This document shows positions 19,578-28,692 of a stretch of 64,000 nt of DNA, in pieces. Made by a program: the position numbers and the translations under genes. The DNA comes from Terriglobia bacterium (GTDB lineage Bacteria > Acidobacteriota > Terriglobia > Acidiferrales > UBA7541). Location of the stretch: NCBI GenBank assembly GCA_963695545.1, contig OY968796.1, forward strand, positions 864,001 to 928,000, given 5' to 3'. Position 1 is the first letter of the stretch, and each line of letters begins with the position of its first letter. Under the pieces are notes generated by a model that saw only the letters and a list, made by a program, of their open reading frames with translations, was not told the DNA's origin and did not search any database.

Positions 19578-20446
19578 CGCGCCTCAAGCACTTCGGTGAA
19601 TTTGCGCCCGTCGATCCGGCGCAGTGTGTAGAGCGACGTGCGGCACAATTCAATGGACCGCCCGCCCAGCGATCTCCAGTCGTCCCAAACCGCGCTGATC
19701 AATCGCCCGGTGATTCCGGCGGCTGCCGGCGAGGCCAAAAACACCGCAAGTTCCGCCGCGCGCTCCGGCGGCGTGCCGCCGGAAGCTTTTTGTTCGAGCG
19801 TCTTCTTGTAAAATTCGGCGCCGGCGCGTTCTCCCGCCGCAAGCACTTCGTCGACCAGACGCGTGTTCACCGCGCCCGGCGCGATGGCATTCACGCGCAC
19901 GCCCGCGTCGCGCACTTCTTCCGCCACGGTTTCGGTCAATCGCACAACGGCGGCCTTTGACGCGCTGTAGGCGGAAAATCGCGGAAATGGCGCGACCGCG
20001 CCACCGCCGGAAAAATTCACGATCACGCCGCTGCGTTGCTCCACCATGCGCGGCAGCACAGCGCGCATCGCGTAAGCCGTGCCCAGCAGGTTCGTCGCGA
20101 TCGCCGCGCTCCAGGCCTCCATGTCGGCGTCAGCCAGTGGACCGATCGGGCCGTACACACCGGCTGCGTTCACCAGCACATCGAGCCGGCCAAACATCTG
20201 CAGCACGCCCATGACCGCGCGCTGCATATCGCCTGGCTCGGCCACGTCGGCTGAAAACGCCTGTGCGCGCGCGCGGCCCGCGCTCAGTTCGTGCGCGACG
20301 CGCTGCAGATGAGCCGATGGCCGCGCGACAAGCGCGACATCCGACCCTTGGCGCGCAAACGCACGCGCCACGGCGCAGCCGATGCCGCGGCTTGCGCCTG
20401 TGACCATTACCACCGAGCGTGCCGCCGCGGCGCCAGCGTGATTCAC
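19574..20446 (-). CDS. short-chain dehydrogenase/reductase
   Basis: TGASRGIG, NAAG, YSASK, NAIAPG; GTG start overlaps the upstream stop. Confidence 0.9.
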   Translation of the reverse strand: MNHAGAAAARSVVMVTGASRGIGCAVARAFARQGSDVALVARPSAHLQRVAHELSAGRARAQAFSADVAEPGDMQRAVMGVLQMFGRLDVLVNAAGVYGPIGPLADADMEAWSAAIATNLLGTAYAMRAVLPRMVEQRSGVIVNFSGGGAVAPFPRFSAYSASKAAVVRLTETVAEEVRDAGVRVNAIAPGAVNTRLVDEVLAAGERAGAEFYKKTLEQKASGGTPPERAAELAVFLASPAAAGITGRLISAVWDDWRSLGGRSIELCRTSLYTLRRIDGRKFTEVLEAR

Positions 20447-21777
20447 AGGGCACGCTCCGCCCGCGATCGTGATTCCGCGCGCCCCAAACCCACGCCCCAG
20501 TAGGCCAGGCCTGCGGCTCCCGCGGCGCTGCGATCGAGAAAATTGTGCGCGTCCACCAGTACCGGCCGCGCGAGCGACGCGCGCAGCCGCGCGAAATCCA
20601 GAGCGCGAAATTCCGGCCACGGCGTCATTAGAACCACGGCGTCAGCGCGCTCGGCCGCCTGGTAGGGATCGGCGGCCAGCGTCACTCCGCGCGTTTCCGC
20701 GCACTCCGCGTGCACCTGCGGATCGTGCGCGCGCACCTGCGCGCCCATGCGCGTCAATCGCGCGGCGAATTCAAGAGACGCCGAACGGCGCAGTGTGCTG
20801 GTGCCCGGCTTGTAGGTCAGTCCCAGCAGCGCAATCGTCGCGCCACGCAATCCTCCGCAAGCCCCCGCCACGCGCTCCGCAAGACGCGCCAGCCGTCCTC
20901 GATTTACCTCGAGCGCGGCGTCCAGCAGCCGCGTGGGAAGCGAAGCGCGCGCCCCCAAGCCGCGCAGCGTCTGCACATCGCGCGCCAATGTGCCGCCGCT
21001 GAAGCCAGGCCCCGGATCGAGAAACGCCTGCGGGCCGATGCGTCGGTCGCGGCGAAGCACCTGCATCACTTCGCGCACATCCGCGCCGGAGACCTCCGCC
21101 AGATCGGCAAGTTCGTTCGCGAAGCTGATGGAACTGGCGAGAAAAGCGTTTACGGCGTGTTTTGAAAGCTCGGCGCTTTCCCAGCTCATGGGTAGCGCGT
21201 GCGTCGAAATTCCCCGGTACAGGCGCAGAAATTCCTGCGCGTCGTCCGGCTCGTCGGCGCCCACCACCAGAAAATCCGGTGCGAGAAATGTTTCGAGTGC
21301 GCGGCCCAGGCGAAGATTTTCAGGCTGATAGATCAGCCGCGCCGCAAGCGCCGGCGCTTCGCGCAAGCGCATCTGAAGTTGCGCGAGTGTTCCCGCCGGA
21401 ACCTGACTCATCACCACGATGAACACGCCCCGCGGCATTCGCGGCGCCTCTTCGACTATGGCGTCTACGGCGTTAAGAATCGGCGTGAGATCGCTGTGAT
21501 CGTTTTCGTCCACCGGCGTGTCGAACGTTACGTACACGGCGTCAGCGCCTTCGACCGCTTGCGCAACCGATGCCACAAATTGCAATCGTCCCGCGGCCTG
21601 CTCGCGCCGGACGGCTTCGGCCAAGCCCGGCTCAAACACCGGCGGCTCGCTGCGCTCAAGCGACGCGACCGTTCGCGTGTCCGGGTCGGTTGCGCGTACG
21701 GTGTGTCCGAGAGACGCGAGACCCGCGGCCGCAACCGTGCCCAGATGCCAGAGTCCGATTAGGCCGATGCGCGCCAT
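20443..21777 (-). CDS. UDP-glucose/GDP-mannose dehydrogenase family protein lacking the catalytic Cys
   Basis: GLWHLG, FDTP, PENLRLG, SAELSKHAVNAFLA, LLGLTYKPGT; PGPGFSGGTLARD in place of the canonical G(F/Y)GG.C.PKD. Confidence 0.85.
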   Translation of the reverse strand: MARIGLIGLWHLGTVAAAGLASLGHTVRATDPDTRTVASLERSEPPVFEPGLAEAVRREQAAGRLQFVASVAQAVEGADAVYVTFDTPVDENDHSDLTPILNAVDAIVEEAPRMPRGVFIVVMSQVPAGTLAQLQMRLREAPALAARLIYQPENLRLGRALETFLAPDFLVVGADEPDDAQEFLRLYRGISTHALPMSWESAELSKHAVNAFLASSISFANELADLAEVSGADVREVMQVLRRDRRIGPQAFLDPGPGFSGGTLARDVQTLRGLGARASLPTRLLDAALEVNRGRLARLAERVAGACGGLRGATIALLGLTYKPGTSTLRRSASLEFAARLTRMGAQVRAHDPQVHAECAETRGVTLAADPYQAAERADAVVLMTPWPEFRALDFARLRASLARPVLVDAHNFLDRSAAGAAGLAYWGVGLGRAESRSRAERAL

Positions 21778-22802
21778 GCGTGGTCTCCATTTCCATTGCT
21801 GTAGCCGGCGCCATTGCTCAAATTGGCGACGACTTTTGTGCCCTCGAAATCGAACCGGTAACGCATTTCGCGCAGGCCGGCCGCGCGCATGGCCTCGCGC
21901 AATTGCTGGTGCTTGCTCTCGGTGTAAAAAACGAAGAAGCCGCCGCCGCCGGCGCCGGAAATCTTTCCGCCCAGCGCCCCGTTCTGCTTGGCCAATTCGT
22001 AAAGTTCGTCGAAACGCGGATTCGAGACGCGGTTTGAGAGTTTTTTCTTGGCTTGCCAGTGGCGATCGAGTTCGCAGCCAAAGCGAGTCAGGTCTCCCGC
22101 TTCCAACATCTCGCGGATGCGGTAGCCCACCTCCTTGATTGCGTGCAGGCTCTCGGTGACCGGGGAGTGCGCGAGCGTCGCGCCGCGGCTTTGTTCGTCA
22201 AGGATCGCCAGACTCGAGCGTTCCGTGCCGGTATAGAACGCCAGCAGATTCCGCCCCAGGTCTTCCAGCGTGGCTTCGGAGATCTGCGCGCGATTCACCT
22301 CAACGTTGCCGTCGCGATCGATTTCAAGCATCGTCAATCCGCCGAATGACGCCATGTACTGATCCTGTTTGCCGATGGGCTTGGCCAGGATCTCGATTTC
22401 CAGGCGGCAGGCTTCTTCGGCCAGCGTGCGGTATTCAACCGGCGTGCGGCACAGTGTGTGCAGCGCATGCAACAAACCGACTGCATAGCAGCTTGAAGAT
22501 CCGAGCCCCGTGCCCGCCGGCACGTCGGCCATCGAAGTGATCTCGATGCCGCGCTCGATGCCCGCAAAGCGCAGTGCCTCGCGCGCGATTTCATGCTGCA
22601 GATCGTCTCGATGCGTCACGGTTTCCGAGCGCGAATATTTCACGCGCACCAAATCGTCCACCACCGGGCGATTCACGTTCACGAACATATATTTGTCGAT
22701 GGCCGCGGCCAGGATGAACCCGCCGTAGCGCGAGTAGTAACTCGGCAAATCCGTTCCGCCGCCGCCGAGCGTGATGCGAAACGGTGTGCGCGTGATGATC
22801 AT
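21759..22802 (-). CDS. GHMP sugar-phosphate kinase (HddA-like)
   Basis: MIITRTPFRITLGGGGTD, PAGTGLGSSS, GKQDQY, GKISGAGGGG. Confidence 0.88.
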   Translation of the reverse strand: MIITRTPFRITLGGGGTDLPSYYSRYGGFILAAAIDKYMFVNVNRPVVDDLVRVKYSRSETVTHRDDLQHEIAREALRFAGIERGIEITSMADVPAGTGLGSSSCYAVGLLHALHTLCRTPVEYRTLAEEACRLEIEILAKPIGKQDQYMASFGGLTMLEIDRDGNVEVNRAQISEATLEDLGRNLLAFYTGTERSSLAILDEQSRGATLAHSPVTESLHAIKEVGYRIREMLEAGDLTRFGCELDRHWQAKKKLSNRVSNPRFDELYELAKQNGALGGKISGAGGGGFFVFYTESKHQQLREAMRAAGLREMRYRFDFEGTKVVANLSNGAGYSNGNGDHAWRASA

Positions 22803-22857
22803 CGGCGCCCCGCGCTTTTCGCGCCGTTCGGAAATCGCGTGCGCGTCCGCTGCGGCG

Positions 22858-23979
22858 TCATGCGTGCACCGCTGAGCGGCGCAGCACGCCGCGCGCGGCC
22901 ATTTCCGACGCGGCCTGCTCGGTCGAATCCGGCACATCGTCTTGTTGCCTTGCCCAATCGACGTACTCCGCCACAATCTGTTCCACCGCGGCGCGCGGCC
23001 GCCAGCCGAGTCTGCCAATCTTCGCACTCGACGAAATCGTGTGGCGCGGATCTCCCACGCGGAATTCTCCGCGCTCAATCGGCTCGAGATTCTCGCCGCA
23101 GGCTTGGGTCACCAGACGCGCGAATTCCCTCACCGTGACGCCACGCTCGCCGCCCACGTTGAACACCTCAAAATCCGCCGCCGGATTTTCGAGCACGGCC
23201 ACGTGCGCCGAAACCACGTCCTGCACGTGCACGTAATCGCGCAACTGGCCTCCATCTTCGTAAATAATCGGCGCCTTTCGATGCAGCAGGCGCTGCGTGA
23301 ATGTCCGGCACACTCCGGAATACGCGTTGTGCGGCGAATTGCGCGGCCCTTGCACGATTGAGTAGCGCAGCGCCACGGTCGGAATGCCGTAACGCCGGCC
23401 CAGCGCCAGGCCCAGCATTTCAAGCGCATATTTTGAGATGGCGTACGCGGTGTGCGGATTGGCCGACGATTCATCGAGCGCTGCCGGCGTCATCACGCGC
23501 TTGCATTCGCGGCAGGTGTGTTCCCATTCGCCGCGCTCGAGCTGCTCGATCGAGCGGGGCGCTGGATACGCAATGCCGTGCTCCGCGCACGCGTAGCGCC
23601 CTTCGCCGTAAACCGATTGCGAACTTGCGAGCACGACCTTCCGCAGTGCAAGCCGGCGCGCAACCGCGATCTCGTAGAGCAGCGCGGTTGACGCGGCATT
23701 GACGCTGATAAAGGTGCTGAAGTCCGGCATGTAATCCTGATAAGCCGCCAAATGAAAGACGGCGTCGACGCCGTCGAGCGCGCGCTCCCAGGCACCCCTG
23801 TCGCGCACGTCGCCTTCGATGAATTCCGCATCGCGCGCGAGATATTCAGGCTGCCCCGCGCGGTGCACGCGCGTTTGCAGGCTATCGAGCACGCGCACGG
23901 CATAGCCGCGCTCGAGCATGCGGTCCACCGTGTGCGACCCGATAAATCCCGCGCCGCCGGTGATCAGAATTCGTTTCAC
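22858..23979 (-). CDS. NAD-dependent epimerase/dehydratase with a CxxH...CxxC insertion
   Basis: TGGAGFIG, SSQSVYG, YAISK, RDYVHV; insertion YACAEHG...TCRECK. Confidence 0.88.
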   Translation of the reverse strand: MKRILITGGAGFIGSHTVDRMLERGYAVRVLDSLQTRVHRAGQPEYLARDAEFIEGDVRDRGAWERALDGVDAVFHLAAYQDYMPDFSTFISVNAASTALLYEIAVARRLALRKVVLASSQSVYGEGRYACAEHGIAYPAPRSIEQLERGEWEHTCRECKRVMTPAALDESSANPHTAYAISKYALEMLGLALGRRYGIPTVALRYSIVQGPRNSPHNAYSGVCRTFTQRLLHRKAPIIYEDGGQLRDYVHVQDVVSAHVAVLENPAADFEVFNVGGERGVTVREFARLVTQACGENLEPIERGEFRVGDPRHTISSSAKIGRLGWRPRAAVEQIVAEYVDWARQQDDVPDSTEQAASEMAARGVLRRSAVHA

Positions 23980-24009
23980 GCGCCCAGCCTCGTTTCTTTC
24001 ATCCGCGTT

Positions 24010-25471
24010 TCAATACGCTCCGCGGCCGCGCAGTACCGCGGGAATGGTTTTCAGCAGAATCTTGCAATCCAGCCACAACGACGCCGAAGCGATGTATTCC
24101 AGATCCATTCGCGCCCATTGCTCGAAGCTGCGGATTTCGCTGCGGCCGTTGACCTGCCACAGGCAGGTGATTCCCGGCTTGATGCTCAATTTGCGCCGCT
24201 GCCAGAATTCATATCGCTGTGCTTCTTCCGCGAATGACGGGCGCGGCCCCACCAGGCTCATGTCGCCTTTGAGCACGCTCCACAGTTGCGGCAATTCGTC
24301 CAGGCTGTACTTGCGCAGAATTCGCCCCAGCGGAGTCACGCGCGGATCATTGCGCAGCTTGAATACCGGCCCGTCCATTTCGTTTTGCGCGAGAAAAGCC
24401 GGTTTCAGCTCCTCGGCATTTGTGACCATGGTTCGGAATTTGTAGCCGGTGAACGGCTTCTTGTTGATGCCCAGCACGCGCCAGCGAAAAAAAAATCGGG
24501 CCGTCGGGCGAGGTCAGCCGAACCAGAGCGGCGATCAGCAGGAGCAGCGGCGCAAGCAGCACCAGCAGCGCTGCCGACACGCCCACGTCCAGAATTCGTT
24601 TGGCCGCGCGATAGCTCTCAGGCCGGTCAAGATCAGAAAGTGCCACCGCCGGGCAGCCTGCCACCGGCTCCAGACGCACATCGCGCCATCCCTGCGTGTA
24701 CCCCAGCCGCGGCAAATAAAAATCCGGCAGCACGGCCACGCGCAGGCCTAATTCCAGCGCCGCTTCGATGTGCGCGCGGCAGTTCGGCACGCGCTCGGCC
24801 GGCATGGCCAGAACCACCAGATCCACCGGATGATCGAAAAGATAAGCGCCGATTCCATCGGTTGAACCCAGCAGCGGCGCGCCTTCGATTTCCGGCGGAG
24901 CCGCATCGGGTTCGGGATCGAAGCAGCCCACCAGTTGGTACTCGCAGCTTTCGGTCGATAGCGCGGCGCGCATGAATTCTCGCGCGCGTTCGCGCGTGCC
25001 GATCACGGCGATGCGCACGATGTTGTAAATGTGCGAGCGGCGCGCGCGAAACCATCCGAGCAGTGCTCCGCGCACGGCAAGCGTCGCCGGCACGGCCACG
25101 AGCGAAAAACCGAACACCAGCAGCCGGCTGGTGGTCGCGGCTTTGAACGTGAAAATCAAAAGAGCCAGCGCCGCAAGTCCCAGCAGCGTTGCGCGTATGG
25201 TTTGCCCCAACGCCGCGCCCAGTGGAATTCGCCGCGCCGCCAATAATCCCGCGCGCTCATACAGCGCATACCAGAGCGGAAGAATGATCAGCAGCATCCA
25301 GGCGAATTCTCGGAAGGGTCCGACGCGCGTTGGATCGTGCCGCAGATACGGCCGGTAAAGCGGCAGCGCGCGGTACGACGCATAAAAGCACGCCGAAAGC
25401 GTGGCCGCTTGCGCCACGGCCAAGGCGCGCCGCGCGATACGTGCTTCGAACAATTCGCCTCTGAGATTCAC
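24010..25471 (-). pseudogene. priming undecaprenyl-phosphate glycosyl-1-phosphate transferase (WcaJ/WbaP-like), split by one extra base in a homopolymer (phase-variable, pseudogene or sequencing error)
   Basis: The TM/CoA-binding-like part (ORF 24347-25471) reaches KRILD...SPDGPIFF. The C-terminal part (YKFRTM, DPRVT, RKYSLDELPQL, SLVGPRP, KPGITCLWQV) is in another frame. The break is at A9, 24487-24495. Confidence 0.85.
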
Positions 25472-25505
25472 CGCAATCGCTCCTGCTCGGATTTGTTCCA
25501 GTCGC

Positions 25506-26195
25506 TTACTGTCCGGCGCGCGCTGCGGCCGCGGCCGTAAACGCGCGCGCGGCGTCTGCGTTAAATTGCCGCACGGTCTCGCGGCTGTATTTGTGGTCCA
25601 CCATCTTCGGCAGCATGGCCGGTGGAATGGTGATGATGTCCGCGCCGGCCTCGGCCGCGCGCTGCACGTCCATCACCGAGCGAATGCTTGCCACAAGCAC
25701 GCGCGCCTGAGATTCCCAGCGCCGCAGCCACTGCTGAAGCCCCGCGATCAACTGCGCGGGGTCGTGGCCTTCGTCCGCGACGCGCCCCGCGAACACGCTC
25801 ACGTAACAAGCGCCGGCCTTGGCCGCGAGCACCGCTTGATTGAAGGAAAGAATTGCCGTGGCGTTCACCGGAATTCCCGCGCGGCTGAGCGCGTAAATCG
25901 CTCGCAGGCAGGAATCGCCGTCCTGCGTGACGATCGGAATTTTCACGACCACATTCGACGCCCAGCGCGCAAACGCGCGGCCCTGCTCGATCATCTGCCC
26001 TGGCTCGCTCGCGGTGACTTCTACTGAGAGCGGGCGATGACCCAACAACGCCGCAAGTCGCCGCGCCATGGATTCCAGATCGCTCGCGCCATCCTTCAAT
26101 AAAATGCTGGGATTCGTGGTCACGCCGTCGACCACGCCTTCGGCCAGCCAGTGCGTCAATTCCTTTTCATCCGCGGAATCGAGAAAAATCTGCAT
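25506..26195 (-). CDS. transaldolase (TalC/FSA family, transaldolase-type residues)
   Basis: FLDSA, GVTTNPS, SVEV (Glu), VVVKIP (Schiff-base Lys), YVSVFAGR (Phe rather than the FSA Tyr), ASIR. Confidence 0.88.
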   Translation of the reverse strand: MQIFLDSADEKELTHWLAEGVVDGVTTNPSILLKDGASDLESMARRLAALLGHRPLSVEVTASEPGQMIEQGRAFARWASNVVVKIPIVTQDGDSCLRAIYALSRAGIPVNATAILSFNQAVLAAKAGACYVSVFAGRVADEGHDPAQLIAGLQQWLRRWESQARVLVASIRSVMDVQRAAEAGADIITIPPAMLPKMVDHKYSRETVRQFNADAARAFTAAAAARAGQ

Positions 26196-26247
26196 CGCGC
26201 TCTCCTTTGGTCTCGATAGATGTCTCTTCGCTTGCGCTCTCGCGTAC

Positions 26248-28617
26248 TCACGCCGCGCTGCTATGCCCCGGCTTCTCGTCTTCTCCGTAATAGTCGTAGC
26301 GGTAATAGCGGTAGTAGTCGTCGCCGGAACGCACGTCGAGATTGTTCAGCACCACGCCGATCAGATTCGCGCCGACGTCTTCGGCGTAACTCTGCGCGCG
26401 CTGAGCCAGCTCGCGCGGCGTCACGCCGCCTTTGACCACCAGAATCACGCCTTCCACCAGCGTCGCGAGAATGCGCGCGTCGGAAACGTTCAATAGAGGC
26501 GGCGAATCCACCACCACGAACTGATACTCGCCGCGCGCCTCGTCGAGCATCGCGCGCATGCGATCTGAGGAAAGCAACTCCGCGGGATTCGGCGGCACCG
26601 GACCGCACACCAGCGCGTCCAGATTTTCTACGCCCGATGGAATCACTGCTGCGCGCCAATCCTTCTGGCCCGTCAGATAACTCACCAGGCCCAGTCCATT
26701 CGCAAGACCCAGCGCCTTGCGAATACTCGGCCGCCGCATGTCGCCATCGATCAGCAACACGCGCTGATTGAGCTGCGCGAGTGAAATCGCCAAATTCACC
26801 GAGACCGTCGTCTTGCCCTCCGATGGACGCGGGCTCGATACCAATAACGTGCGCGGCGGCTGGTTCGCGCTCGAAAGCATCACCGAAGTGCGCAACCCCC
26901 GAAACGCTTCGCCCAGCGCTGCCGGAGGCTCGATGCCGCCCGCGATGCGATACCAACTTTTCGCCGCGCCGTCCGCGCCTCGCGAATGACCGTTGTCGCC
27001 ATTTCCGTTCGCCGCGACAGTTCCATTCGCGCGCGATTCGCTCCCATCCGCGGTCGCGCCGCGATCCGCCAGGCCATACACGCCGTGACGCTGCCCGTTC
27101 AGCGATTCAACCGAAGGAATCAGACCGAGCGCCGGAAGTCCTAGATACCGCTCGATGTCCTCCGAAGATTTCAAACTGTTGTCGAGATGCTCCTGCAAAA
27201 ACGCTCCGCCCACGCCGAGGCCCAGTCCCAGCACGAACGCCAGCGCCAAATTCAGCGGCAGATTGGGCCTCGCCGCCTTACGCGGCGCTACGGCCTCGTC
27301 AACCACGCGGATATTGCTGGCCTTCAGACCGGCTGAAACGCCGGTTTCCTTCAAGCGCTCGAGCAACCCTTCGTAAAGCTGCCGGTTGGTGTCCACTTCG
27401 CGTTTCAAAATGTTGTATTGCACCGAACGCGAAGCGATCTGATCGGCGTCTTGCTGTTGCGCGCCGAAGGCCTGCTGCACCAAATCCTCGCGGCGCACCG
27501 CGGCCTGATAATCGTTGGTCAATTGATCGGCGGCGCGCTGGCGTTCGCGCGCGATCACGCTGGTGATTTTGTCCTCCTGATTTTGTAGCTCCTGAACTTT
27601 GGGATAATCGGCCGTGAAGGTGGTCTCGAGTTGCGCCTTTTGTCTTTCCACATCGGTTAGTTGCTCGGTCAGATCCTCGATCAGCTTGTTGTCCGCCACG
27701 CCCGGCAGCGCGTCGATTTGACCCGCTTGCACCAACCGATAGAGCGATTCCTTTTCATATCGATCTGCCTGTGCGCGCGTCAATTCTTCCTGTAGCTGCC
27801 GCAACCGCTCGTCCACAATGTTTTCTTCCGAGCCTTTGTCGTCCTGCAGATAAAGCAAACCGTTCGCTTGCGCATACGCTTGCATCTGGTTTTCGGATAT
27901 CTCGAGGCGCCCCTTCAAATCGTCGAGTTGCTGCGTCAGCCACTCGGAAGCCCGCTGCGTGGCGTCCCAACGAACGCGCAGATTCTCGTCGATGTCGGCT
28001 TCCGCCAGCGCGTTCACGATGCGCGCCGCCAGCGCCGGATCGCTCGACTCGAAACGAATCTCCACCAGGCGGCTCAACTTCACCGGCTCAACCGACAGCC
28101 GATCCTGAAACACGCCCAGCGCGCGCTCCACCGCCAGCGGATCCGGTGGCGCCATTTGACCGCCCAACACTCCTTCGCCGGCGACCGCGCCCTTGGCCTT
28201 CGGGTTAAATTCCGGCAGCAGGTCCAGTCGCAGTTGCACAATCACCTGCCGCGCAAGCGTGTCGCTCTGCAGAATTTTGTACTCGGTCTCGAGATACGTG
28301 TCCGAAACGGTTTCGAGCTGAAACAGTTCCTGCACGCTCAAAATGTTCGGATTCTCTTTCTCGATTTCAAGAAGCGCGCCGGATTGATAGATCGGCGTTT
28401 CTCTGAGCGTGCCCACCAGCACCAGTGTGAACAGCACGGCGAGGACCGTCAGCACTGTCCACCGCCGCTTGCGCAGCACGCGCCAATAACTCAGAAGGCT
28501 GGTCGATTCCTGCATGTCGAGCGTCGCCGGCCGAATCGCCCGCAGCGCGCGCAAGCGCTCCAGACTCTTGGGAGCCGGCTCGTAGCGCTGGATTTTCGTT
28601 TCCTGCTCGTTCGTCAT
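26248..28617 (-). CDS. wzc: Wzc-type polysaccharide co-polymerase / BY-kinase
   Basis: Two TM segments flank a coiled-coil periplasmic part; EAFRGLRT, Walker A SEGKTT, IDGDMRRP, VVDSPP, C-terminal Tyr cluster DDYYRYYRYDYY. Start may be 28659. Confidence 0.92.
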   Translation of the reverse strand: MTNEQETKIQRYEPAPKSLERLRALRAIRPATLDMQESTSLLSYWRVLRKRRWTVLTVLAVLFTLVLVGTLRETPIYQSGALLEIEKENPNILSVQELFQLETVSDTYLETEYKILQSDTLARQVIVQLRLDLLPEFNPKAKGAVAGEGVLGGQMAPPDPLAVERALGVFQDRLSVEPVKLSRLVEIRFESSDPALAARIVNALAEADIDENLRVRWDATQRASEWLTQQLDDLKGRLEISENQMQAYAQANGLLYLQDDKGSEENIVDERLRQLQEELTRAQADRYEKESLYRLVQAGQIDALPGVADNKLIEDLTEQLTDVERQKAQLETTFTADYPKVQELQNQEDKITSVIARERQRAADQLTNDYQAAVRREDLVQQAFGAQQQDADQIASRSVQYNILKREVDTNRQLYEGLLERLKETGVSAGLKASNIRVVDEAVAPRKAARPNLPLNLALAFVLGLGLGVGGAFLQEHLDNSLKSSEDIERYLGLPALGLIPSVESLNGQRHGVYGLADRGATADGSESRANGTVAANGNGDNGHSRGADGAAKSWYRIAGGIEPPAALGEAFRGLRTSVMLSSANQPPRTLLVSSPRPSEGKTTVSVNLAISLAQLNQRVLLIDGDMRRPSIRKALGLANGLGLVSYLTGQKDWRAAVIPSGVENLDALVCGPVPPNPAELLSSDRMRAMLDEARGEYQFVVVDSPPLLNVSDARILATLVEGVILVVKGGVTPRELAQRAQSYAEDVGANLIGVVLNNLDVRSGDDYYRYYRYDYYGEDEKPGHSSAA

Positions 28618-28692
28618 CGTGCCGCCCTTCGCGTGGTCTCGTGCCGCGTGTTCATTCAAATCTCCGACGACGCTTCGTCCGTGCCGCGCCGC

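Noticed and set aside
17297..26195. Lincosamide antibiotic biosynthetic cluster
   Set aside because: No aminotransferase, amino-acid/condensation or resistance genes; the context is Wza/Wzc/Wzy polysaccharide export. Only the sugar sub-pathway resembles it.
25506..26195. Fructose-6-phosphate aldolase (FSA)
   Set aside because: Has the Glu (SVEV) and Phe (YVSVF) of transaldolases rather than the Gln/Tyr of FSA.
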